From NCBI GenBank assembly GCA_964057225.1, contig OZ059896.1, positions 20,336,001 through 20,400,000 of the forward strand: a DNA stretch of 64,000 bases, read 5' to 3'. A program made the translations under genes and the position numbers. Of the stretch, positions 52,001-64,000 are shown piece by piece. Below the pieces are notes generated by a model. The model had not been told where the DNA came from, searched no databases, and was given only the letters and a program-made list of their open reading frames with translations. Position 1 is the stretch's first letter. The number at the start of each line of letters is the position of its first letter. This DNA is from Auanema rhodensis (taxonomy: Eukaryota > Animalia > Nematoda).

Positions 52001-55000
52001 AAAAATCCGCATCGAATGCACTATACTACATTGAGAAACGCTTGATACAAAAACTAGTTATGATCGTTTGAAAAATGATGCATTAGTGTATGTTGAGTTT
52101 CCATGTACACTCAACATTGCTTCCAAAAACATTTTGACAAAAATTTTTTCGAAAAATTTCAAAATAATTTAGCAAAAAGTAGATGTTTTTAGATTCCTTT
52201 TTTCAAGGCAAAGACGATGGACAATGTTATTCAACGAAAAAATTATTCCTTCAGGGTGAAAATCGAGGATATAAGTGTGAACTTATATCAGTTGATATCT
52301 CGGTGCATTTTAAAGCTAGCGCAAATCTGATAACACAGATCGACGCAGCTTAAAAATCCGCATCGAATGCACTATAGTACATTGAGAAACGCTTGATACA
52401 AAAATTAGTTATGATCGTTTGAAAAATGATGCATTAGTGTATGTTGAGTTTCCATGTACACTCAACATTGCTTCCAAAAACATTTTGACAAAAATTTTTT
52501 CGAAAAATTTCAAAATAATTTAGCAAAAGTAGATGTTTTTAGATCCCTTTATTCAAGGCAAAGACGATGGACAATGTTATTCAACGAAAAAATTAATTCT
52601 TCAGGGTGAAAATCGAGGATATAAGTGTGAACTTATATCAGTTGATATCTCGGTGCATTTTCAAGCTAGCGCAAATCTGATAACACAGATCGACGCAGCT
52701 TAAAAATCCGCATCGAATGCACTATACTACATTGAGAAACGCTTAATACAAAAATTAGTTATGATCGTTTGAAAAATGATGCATTAGTGTATGTTGAGTT
52801 TCCATGTACACTCAACATTGCTTCCAAAAACATTTTGACAAAAATTTTTTCGAAAAATTTCGAAATAATTTAGCAAAAAGTAGATGTTTTTAGATTCCTT
52901 TATTCAAGGCAAAGACGATGGACAATGTTATTCAACGAAAAAATTAATTCTTTAGGGTGAAAATCGAGGATATAAGTGTGAACTTATATCAGTTGATATC
53001 TTGGTGCATTTTTAAGCTAGCGCAAATCTGATAACACAGATCGACGCAGCTTAAAAATCCGCATCGAATGCACTATACTACATTGAAAAACGCTTAATAC
53101 AAAAATTAGTTATGATCGTTTGAAAAATGATGCATTAGTGTATGTTGAGTTTCCATGTACACTCAACATTGCTTCCAAAAACATTTTGACAAAAATTTTT
53201 TCGAAAAATTTCAAAATAATTTAGCAAAAAGTAGATGTTTTTAGATTCCTTTATTCAAGGCAAAGACGATGGACAATGTTATTCAACGAAAAAATTAATT
53301 CTTCAGGGTGAAAATCGAGGATATAAGTGTGAACTTATATCAGTTGATATCTCGGTGCATTTTTAAGCTAGCGCAAATCTGATAACACAGATCGACGCAG
53401 CTTAAAAATCCGCATCGAATGCACTATACTACATTGAGAAACGCTTGATACAAAAATTAGTTATGATCGTTTGAAAAATGATGCATTAGTGTATGTTGAG
53501 TTTCCATGTACACTCAACATTGCTTCCAAAAACATTTTGACAAAAATTTTTTCGAAAAATTTCAAAATAATTTAGCAAAAAGTAGATGTTTTTAGATTCC
53601 TTTTTTCAAGGCAAAGACGATGGACAATGTTATTCAACGAAAAAATTATTCCTTCAGGGTGAAAATCGAGGATATAAGTGTGAACTTATATCAGTGGATA
53701 TCTCGGTGCATTTTTAAGCTAGCGCAAATCTGATAACAGAGATCGACGCAGCTTAAAAATCCGCATCGAATGCACTATACTACATTGAGAAACGCTTGAT
53801 ACAAAAATTAGTTATGATCGTTTGAAAAATGATGCATTAGTGTATGTTGAGTTTCCATGTACACTCAACATTGCTTCCAAAAACATTTTGACAAAAATTT
53901 TTTCGAAAAATTTCAAAATAATTTAGCAAAAGTAGATGTTTTTAGATCCCTTTATTCAAGGCAAAGACGATGGACAATGTTATTCAACGAAAAAATTAAT
54001 TCTTCAGGGTGAAAATCGAGGATATAAGTGTGAACTTATATCAGTTGATATCTCGGTGCATTTTTAAGCTAGCGCAAATCTGATAACACAGATCGACGCA
54101 GCTTAAAAATCCGCATCGAATGCACTATACTACATTGAGAAACGCTTGATACAAAAACTAGTTATGATCGTTTGAAAAATGATGCATTAGTGTATGTTGA
54201 GTTTCCATGTACACTCAACATTGCTTCCAAAAACATTTTGACAAAAATTTTTTCGAAAAATTTCAAAATAATTTAGCAAAAAGTAGATGTTTTTAGATTC
54301 CTTTTTTCAAGGCAAAGACGATGGACAATGTTATTCAACGAAAAAATTATTCCTTCAGGGTGAAAATCGAGGATATAAGTGTGAACTTATATCAGTTGAT
54401 ATCTCGGTGCATTTTAAAGCTAGCGCAAATCTGATAACACAGATCGACGCAGCTTAAAAATCCGCATCGAATGCACTATACTACATTGAGAAACGCTTGA
54501 TACAAAAATTAGTTATGATCGTTTGAAAAATGATGCATTAGTGTATGTTGAGTTTCCATGTACACTCAACATTGCTTCCAAAAACATTTTGACAAAAATT
54601 TTTTCGAAAAATTTCAAAATAATTTAGCAAAAAGTAGATGTTTTTAGATTCCAGTTTTCAAGGCAAAGACGATGGACAATGTTATTCAACGAAAAAATTA
54701 ATTCTTCAGGGTGAAAATCGAGGATATAAGTGTGAACTTATATCAGTTGATATCTCGGTGCATTTTTAAGCTAGCGCAAATCTGATAACACAGATCGACG
54801 CAGCTTAAAAATCCGCATCGAATGCACTATACTACATTGAGAAACGCTTGATACAAAAATTAGTTATGATCGTTTGAAAAATGATGCATTAGTGTATGTT
54901 GAGTTTCCATGTACACTCAACATTGCTTCCAAAAACATTTTGACAAAAATTTTTTCGAAAAATTTCAAAATAATTTAGCAAAAGTAGATGTTTTTAGATC

Positions 55001-58000
55001 CCTTTATTCAAGGCAAAGACGATGGACAATGTTATTCAACGAAAAAATTAATTCTTCAGGGTGAAAATCGAGGATATAAGTGTGAACTTATATCAGTTGA
55101 TATCTCGGTGCATTTTTAAGCTAGCGCAAATCTGATAACACAGATCGACGCAGCTTAAAAATCCGCATCGAATGCACTATACTACATTGAGAAACGCTTG
55201 ATACAAAAACTAGTTATGATCGTTTGAAAAATGATGTATTAGTGTATGTTGAGTTTCCATGTACACTCAACATTGCTTCCAAAAACATTTTGACAAAAAT
55301 TTTTTCGAAAAATTTCAAAATAATTTAGCAAAAAGTAGATGTTTTTAGATTCCTTTTTTCAAGGCAAAGACGATGGACAATGTTATTCAACGAAAAAATT
55401 ATTCCTTCAGGGTGAAAATCGAGGATATAAGTGTGAACTTATATCAGTTGATATCTCGGTGCATTTTTAAGCTAGCGCAAATCTGATAACAGAGATCGAC
55501 GCAGCTTAAAAATCCGCATCGAATGCACTATACTACATTGAGAAACGCCTAATACAAAAATTAGTTATGATCGTTTGAAAAATGATGCATTAGTGTATGT
55601 TGAGTTTCCATGTACACTCAACATTGCTTCCAAAAACATTTTGACAAAAATTTTTTCGAAAAATTTCAAAATAATTTAGCAAAAAGTAGATGTTTTTAGA
55701 TTCCAGTTTTCAAGGCAAAGACGATGGACAATGTTATTCAACGAAAAAATTAATTCTTCAGGGTGAAAATCGAGGATATAAGTGTGAACTTATATCAGTT
55801 GATATCTCGGTGCATTTTAAAGCTAGCGCAAATCTGATAACACAGATCGACGCAGCTTAAAAATCCGCATCGAATGCACTATACTACATTGAGAAACGCT
55901 TGATACAAAAATTAGTTATGATCGTTTGAAAAATGATGCATTAGTGTATGTTGAGTTTCCATGTACACTCAACATTGCTTCCAAAAACATTTTGACAAAA
56001 ATTTTTTCGAAAAATTTCAAAATAATTTAGCAAAAAGTAGATGTTTTTAGATTCCTTTATTCAAGGCAAAGACGATGGACAATGTTATTCAACGAAAAAA
56101 TTAATTCTTCAGGGTGAAAATCGAGGATATAAGTGTGAACTTATATCAGTTGATATCTCGGTGCATTTTTAAGCTAGCGCAAATCTGATAACACAGATCG
56201 ACGCAGCTTAAAAATCCGCATCGAATGCACTATACTACATTGAGAAACGCTTAATACAAAAATTAGTTATGATCGTTTGAAAAATGATGCATTAGTGTAT
56301 GTTGAGTTTCCATGTACACTCAACATTGCTTCCAAAAACATTTTGACAAAAATTTTTTCGAAAAAATTCAAAATAATTTAGCAAAAAGTAGATGTTTTTA
56401 GATTCCAGTTTTCAAGGCAAAGACGATGGACAATGTTATTCAACGAAAAAATTAATTCTTCAGGGTGAAAATCGAGGATATAAGTGTGAACTTATATCAG
56501 TTGATATCTCGGTGCATTTTTAAGCTAGCGCAAATCTGATAACACAGATCGACGCAGCTTAAAAATTCGCATCGAATGCACTATACTACATTGAGAAACG
56601 CTTGATACAAAAATTAGTTATGATCGTTTGAAAAATGATGCATTAGTGTATGTTGAGTTTCCATGTACACTCAACATTGCTTCCAAAAACATTTTGACAA
56701 AAATTTTTTCGAAAAATTTCGAAATAATTTAGCAAAAAGTAGATGTTTTTAGATTCCTTTTTTCAAGGCAAAGACGATGGACAATGTTATTCAACGGAAA
56801 AAGTATTTCTTCAGGGTGAAAATCGAGGATATAAGTGTGAACTTATATCAGTTGATATCTCGGTGCATTTTTAAGCTAGCGCAAATCTGATAACACAGAT
56901 CGACGCAGCTTAAAAATCCGCATCGAATGCACTATACTACATTGAGAAACGCTTAATACAGAAATTAGTTATGATCGTTTGAAAAATGATGCATTAGTGT
57001 ATGTTGAGTTTCCATGTACACTCAACATTGCTTCCAAAAACATTTTGACAAAAATTTTTTCGAAAAATTTCAAAATAATTTAGCAAAAAGTAGATGTTTT
57101 TAGATTCCAGTTTTCAAGGCAAAGACGATGGACAATGTTATTCAACGAAAAAATTAATTCTTCAGGGTGAAAATCGAGGATATATGTGTGAACTTATATC
57201 AGTTGATATCTCGGTGCATTTTTAAGCTAGCGCAAATCTGATAACACAGATCGACGCAGCTTAAAAATCCGCATCGAATGCACTATACTACATTGAGAAA
57301 CGCTTAATACAAAAATTAGTTATGATCGTTTGAAAAATGATGCATTAGTGTATGTTGAGTTTCCATGTACACTCAACATTGCTTCCAAAAACATTTTGAC
57401 AAAAATTTTTTCGAAAAATTTCAAAATAATTTAGCAAAAAGTAGATGTTTTTAGATTCCTTTTTTCAAGGCAAAGACGATGGACAATGTTATTCAACGAA
57501 AAAATTATTCCTTCAGGGTGAAAATCGAGGATATAAGTGTGAACTTATATCAGTTGATATCTCGGTGCATTTTTAAGCTAGCGCAAATCTGATAACACAG
57601 ATCGACGCAGCTTAAAAATCCGCATCGAATGCACTATACTACATTGAGAAACGCTTGATACAAAAATTAGTTATGATCGTTTGAAAAATGATGCATTAGT
57701 GTATGTTGAGTTTCCATGTACACTCAACATTGCTTCCAAAAACATTTTGACAAAAATTTTTTCGAAAAATTTCAAAATAATTTAGCAAAAAGTAGATGTT
57801 TTTAGATTCCTTTTTTCAAGGCAAAGACGATGGACAATGTTATTCAACGAAAAAATTATTCCTTCAGGGTGAAAATCGAGGATATAAGTGTGAACTTATA
57901 TCAGTTGATATCTCGGTGCATTTTTAAGCTAGCGCAAATCTGATAACACAGATCGACGCAGCTTAAAAATCCGCATCGAATGCACTATACTACATTGAGA

Positions 58001-60970
58001 AACGCTTGATACAAAAATTAGTTATGATCGTTTGAAAAATGATGCATTAGTGTATGTTGAGTTTCCATGTACACTCAACATTGCTTCCAAAAACATTTTG
58101 ACAAAAATTTTTTCGAAAAATTTCAAAATAATTTAGCAAAAAGTAGATGTTTTTAGATTCCATTTTTCAAGGCAAAGACGATGGACAATGTTATTCAACG
58201 AAAAAATTAATTATTCAGGGTGAAAATCGAGGATATAAGTGTGAACTTATATCAGTTGATATCTCGGTGCATTTTTAAGCTAGCGCAAATCTGATAACAC
58301 AGATCGACGCAGCTTAAAAATCCGCATCGAATGCACTATACTACATTGAGAAACGCTTAATACAAAAATTAGTTATGATCGTTTGAAAAATGATGCATTA
58401 GTGTATGTTGAGTTTCCATGTACACTCAACATTGCTTCCAAAAACATTTTGACAAAAATTTTTTCGAAAAATTTCAAAATAATTTAGCAAAAAGTAGATG
58501 TTTTCAGATTCCTTTATTCAAGGCAAAGACGATGGATAATGTTATTCAACGAAAAAATTAATTCTTCAGGGTGAAAATCGAGGATATAAGTGTGAACTTA
58601 TATCAGTTGATATCTCGGTGCATTTTTAAGCTAGCGCAAATCTGATAACACAGATCGACGCAGCTTAAAAATCCGCATCGAATGCACTATACTACATTGA
58701 GAAACGCTTGATACAAAAATTAGTTATGATCGTTTGAAAAATGATGCATTAGTGTATGTTGAGTTTCCATGTACACTCAACATTGCTTCCAAAAACATTT
58801 TGACAAAATTTTTTTCGAAAAATTTCGAAATAATTTAGCAAAAAGTAGATGTTTTTAGATTCCTTTTTTCAAGGCAAAGACGATGGACAATGTTATTCAA
58901 CGGAAAAAGTATTTCTTCAGGGTGAAAATCGAGGATATAAGTGTGAACTTATATCAGTTGATATCTCGGTGCATTTTTAAGCTAGCGCAAATCTGATAAC
59001 ACAGATCGACGCAGCTTAAAAATCCGCATCGAATGCACTATACTACATTGAGAAACGCTTAATACAAAAATTAGTTATGATCGTTTGAAAAATGATGCAT
59101 TAGTGTATGTTGAGTTTCCATGTACACTCAACATTGCTTCCAAAAACATTTTGACAAAAATTTTTTCGAAAAATTTCGAAATAATTTAGCAAAAAGTAGT
59201 TGTTTTTAGATTCCTTTTTTCAAGGCAAAGACGATGGACAATGTTATTCAACGGAAAAAGTATTTCTTCAGGGTGAAAATCGAGGATATAAGTGTGAACT
59301 TATATCAGTTGATATCTCGGTGCATTTTTAAGCTAGCGCAAATCTGATAACACAGATCGACGCAGCTTAAAAATCCGCATCGAATGCACTATACTACATT
59401 GAGAAACGCTTAATACAAAAATTAGTTATGATCGTTTGAAAAATGATGCATTAGTGTATGTTGAGTTTCCATGTACACTCAACATTGCTTCCAAAAACAT
59501 TTTGACAAAAATTTTTTCGAAAAATTTCGAAATAATTTAGCAAAAAGTAGATGTTTTTAGATTCCTTTATTCAAGGCAAAGACGATGGACAATGTTATTC
59601 AACGAAAAAATTAATTCTTTAGGGTGAAAATCGAGGATATAAGTGTGAACTTATATCAGTTGATATCTTGGTGCATTTTTAAGCTAGCGCAAATCTGATA
59701 ACACAGATCGACGCAGCTTAAAAATCCGCATCGAATGCACTATACTACATTGAAAAACGCTTAATACAAAAATTAGTTATGATCGTTTGAAAAATGATGC
59801 ATTAGTGTATGTTGAGTTTCCATGTACACTCAACATTGCTTCCAAAAACATTTTGACAAAAATTTTTTCGAAAAATTTCAAAATAATTTAGCAAAAAGTA
59901 GATGTTTTTAGATTCCTTTATTCAAGGCAAAGACGATGGACAATGTTATTCAACGAAAAAATTAATTCTTCAGGGTGAAAATCGAGGATATAAGTGTGAA
60001 CTTATATCAGTTGATATCTCGGTGCATTTTTAAGCTAGCGCAAATCTGATAACACAGATCGACGCAGCTTAAAAATCCGCATCGAATGCACTATACTACA
60101 TTGAGAAACGCTTGATACAAAAATTAGTTATGATCGTTTGAAAAATGATGCATTAGTGTATGTTGAGTTTCCATGTACACTCAACATTGCTTCCAAAAAC
60201 ATTTTGACAAAGATTTTTTCGAAAAATTTCAAAATAATTTAGCAAAAAGTAGATGTTTTTAGATTCCTTTTTTCAAGGCAAAGACGATGGACAATGTTAT
60301 TCAACGAAAAAATTATTCCTTCAGGGTGAAAATCGAGGATATAAGTGTGAACTTATATCAGTTGATATCTCGGTGCATTTTTAAGCTAGCGCAAATCTGA
60401 TAACAGAGATCGACGCAGCTTAAAAATCCGCATCGAATGCACTATACTACATTGAGAAACGCTTAATACAAAAATTAGTTATGATCGTTTGAAAAATGAT
60501 GCATTAGTGTATGTTGAGTTTCCATGTACACTCAACATTGCTTCCAAAAACATTTTGACAAAAATTTTTTCGAAAAATTTCAAAATAATTTAGCAAAAAG
60601 TAGATGTTTTTAGATTCCAGTTTTCAAGGCAAAGACGATGGACAATGTTATTCAACGAAAAAATTAATTCTTCAGGGTGAAAATCGAGGATATAAGTGTG
60701 AACTTATATCAGTTGATATCTCGGTGCATTTTTAAGCTAGCGCAAATCTGATAACACAGATCGACGCAGCTTAAAAATCCGCATCGAATGCACTATACTA
60801 CATTGAGAAACGCTTGATACAAAAATTAGTTATGATCGTTTGAAAAATGATGCATTAGTGTATGTTGAGTTTCCATGTACACTCAACATTGCTTCCAAAA
60901 ACATTTTGACAAAAATTTTTTCGAAAAATTTCAAAATAATTTAGCAAAAGTAGATGTTTTTAGATCCCTT
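49010..60970 (-). repeat. Zone containing the 350-bp monomer variant (1-bp A deletion linked to a SNP)
   Basis: gcaaaagtag...tagatCcc replaces gcaaaaagtag...tagattcc near 49020, 49370, 50420, 51475, 52525, 53930, 54980 and 60945. Confidence 0.85.
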
Positions 60971-63900
60971 TATTCAAGGCAAAGACGATGGACAATGTTA
61001 TTCAACGGAAAAAGTATTTCTTCAGGGTGAAAATCGAGGATATAAGTGTGAACTTATATCAGTTGATATCTCGGTGCATTTTTAAGCTAGCGCAAATCTG
61101 ATAACACAGATCGACGCAGCTTAAAAATCCGCATCGAATGCACTATACTACATTGAGAAACGCTTAATACAAAAATTAGTTATGATCGTTTGAAAAATGA
61201 TGCATTAGTGTATGTTGAGTTTCCATGTACACTCAACATTGCTTCCAAAAACATTTTGACAAAAATTTTTTCGAAAAATTTCGAAATAATTTAGCAAAAA
61301 GTAGATGTTTTTAGATTCCTTTTTTCAAGGCAAAGACGATGGACAATGTTATTCAACGGAAAAAGTATTTCTTCAGGGTGAAAATCGAGGATATAAGTGT
61401 GAACTTATATCAGTTGATATCTCGGTGCATTTTTAAGCTAGCGCAAATCTGATAACACAGATCGACGCAGCTTAAAAATCCGCATCGAATGCACTATACT
61501 ACATTGAGAAACGCTTAATACAAAAATTAGTTATGATCGTTTGAAAAATGATGCATTAGTGTATGTTGAGTTTCCATGTACACTCAACATTGCTTCCAAA
61601 AACATTTTGACAAAAATTTTTTCGAAAAATTTCGAAATAATTTAGCAAAAAGTAGATGTTTTTAGATTCCTTTATTCAAGGCAAAGACGATGGACAATGT
61701 TATTCAACGAAAAAATTAATTCTTTAGGGTGAAAATCGAGGATATAAGTGTGAACTTATATCAGTTGATATCTTGGTGCATTTTTAAGCTAGCGCAAATC
61801 TGATAACACAGATCGACGCAGCTTAAAAATCCGCATCGAATGCACTATACTACATTGAAAAACGCTTAATACAAAAATTAGTTATGATCGTTTGAAAAAT
61901 GATGCATTAGTGTATGTTGAGTTTCCATGTACACTCAACATTGCTTCCAAAAACATTTTGACAAAAATTTTTTCGAAAAATTTCAAAATAATTTAGCAAA
62001 AAGTAGATGTTTTTAGATTCCTTTATTCAAGGCAAAGACGATGGACAATGTTATTCAACGAAAAAATTAATTCTTCAGGGTGAAAATCGAGGATATAAGT
62101 GTGAACTTATATCAGTTGATATCTCGGTGCATTTTTAAGCTAGCGCAAATCTGATAACACAGATCGACGCAGCTTAAAAATCCGCATCGAATGCACTATA
62201 CTACATTGAGAAACGCTTGATACAAAAATTAGTTATGATCGTTTGAAAAATGATGCATTAGTGTATGTTGAGTTTCCATGTACACTCAACATTGCTTCCA
62301 AAAACATTTTGACAAAAATTTTTTCGAAAAATTTCAAAATAATTTAGCAAAAAGTAGATGTTTTTAGATTCCTTTTTTCAAGGCAAAGACGATGGACAAT
62401 GTTATTCAACGAAAAAATTATTCCTTCAGGGTGAAAATCGAGGATATAAGTGTGAACTTATATCAGTTGATATCTCGGTGCATTTTTAAGCTAGCGCAAA
62501 TCTGATAACAGAGATCGACGCAGCTTAAAAATCCGCATCGAATGCACTATACTACATTGAGAAACGCTTAATACAAAAATTAGTTATGATCGTTTGAAAA
62601 ATGATGCATTAGTGTATGTTGAGTTTCCATGTACACTCAACATTGCTTCCAAAAACATTTTGACAAAAATTTTTTCGAAAAATTTCAAAATAATTTAGCA
62701 AAAAGTAGATGTTTTTAGATTCCAGTTTTCAAGGCAAAGACGATGGACAATGTTATTCAACGAAAAAATTAATTCTTCAGGGTGAAAATCGAGGATATAA
62801 GTGTGAACTTATATCAGTTGATATCTCGGTGCATTTTTAAGCTAGCGCAAATCTGATAACACAGATCGACGCAGCTTAAAAATCCGCATCGAATGCACTA
62901 TACTACATTGAGAAACGCTTGATACAAAAATTAGTTATGATCGTTTGAAAAATGATGCATTAGTGTATGTTGAGTTTCCATGTACACTCAACATTGCTTC
63001 CAAAAACATTTTGACAAAAATTTTTTCGAAAAATTTCAAAATAATTTAGCAAAAAGTAGATGTTTTTAGATTCCTTTATTCAAGGCAAAGACGATGGACA
63101 ATGTTATTCAACGAAAAAATTAATTCTTCAGGGTGAAAATCGAGGATATAAGTGTGAACTTATATCAGTTGATATCTCGGTGCATTTTTAAGCTAGCGCA
63201 AATCTGATAACACAGATCGACGCAGCTTAAAAATCCGCATCGAATGCACTATACTACATTGAGAAACGCTTGATACAAAAATTAGTTATGATCGTTTGAA
63301 AAATGATGCATTAGTGTATGTTGAGTTTCCATGTACACTCAACATTGCTTCCAAAAACATTTTGACAAAAATTTTTTCGAAAAATTTCGAAATAATTTAG
63401 CAAAAAGTAGATGTTTTTAGATTCCTTTATTCAAGGCAAAGACGATGGACAATGTTATTCAACGAAAAAATTAATTCTTTAGGGTGAAAATCGAGGATAT
63501 AAGTGTGAACTTATATCAGTTGATATCTTGGTGCATTTTTAAGCTAGCGCAAATCTGATAACACAGATCGACGCAGCTTAAAAATCCGCATCGAATGCAC
63601 TATACTACATTGAAAAACGCTTAATACAAAAATTAGTTATGATCGTTTGAAAAATGATGCATTAGTGTATGTTGAGTTTCCATGTACACTCAACATTGCT
63701 TCCAAAAACATTTTGACAAAAATTTTTTCGAAAAATTTCAAAATAATTTAGCAAAAAGTAGATGTTTTTAGATTCCTTTATTCAAGGCAAAGACGATGGA
63801 CAATGTTATTCAACGAAAAAATTAATTCTTCAGGGTGAAAATCGAGGATATAAGTGTGAACTTATATCAGTTGATATCTCGGTGCATTTTTAAGCTAGCG

Positions 63901-64000
63901 CAAATCTGATAACACAGATCGACGCAGCTTAAAAATCCGCATCGAATGCACTATACTACATTGAGAAACGCTTGATACAAAAATTAGTTATGATCGTTTG

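Larger units (their letters stand above)
20858..64000 (-). repeat. Same 351-bp satellite in reverse-complement orientation (about 123 copies; continues beyond window end)
   Basis: From 20858 the sequence reads cagcttaaaaatccgcattgaatgcactatactacattgag, the reverse complement of the monomer. Periodicity of 351 bp (337 and 350 variants) holds to 64000 with no further switch seen. Confidence 0.99.

Noticed and set aside
1-64000. CRISPR array or other prokaryotic repeat system
   Set aside because: The palindromic motifs recur, but the intervening sequence is also repeated. There are no unique spacers, leader or cas genes.
1-64000. Repetitive protein-coding gene (351 is divisible by 3)
   Set aside because: The AT-rich unit is rich in TAA/TAG/TGA on both strands and I saw no long ORF. 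Frame-breaking 337- and 350-bp units are tolerated and amplified.

Overview
The whole 64 kb window is one AT-rich tandem satellite array, most consistent with eukaryotic (peri)centromeric or heterochromatic DNA. The monomer is 351 bp (about 32% GC in the one monomer I counted), with roughly 182-183 near-identical copies. I see no genes, RNA genes, CRISPR array or inserted mobile element. The main structural event is a single orientation switch at 20857/20858: about 59.6 monomers lie on + and about 123 on -, forming a giant imperfect inverted repeat with a 29-bp asymmetric centre. The breakpoint sits at one arm of the monomer's own internal hairpin. Each monomer carries several dyads. Diagnostic variants (a 337-bp deletion monomer, a 350-bp monomer and about a dozen SNPs) reveal short-lived higher-order repeats of 3-11 monomers and a progressive turnover of variants along the array. 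I cannot name the species or satellite family from sequence alone, and I find no evidence for a new protein-coding system. Variant positions were read by eye, so lists may be incomplete.
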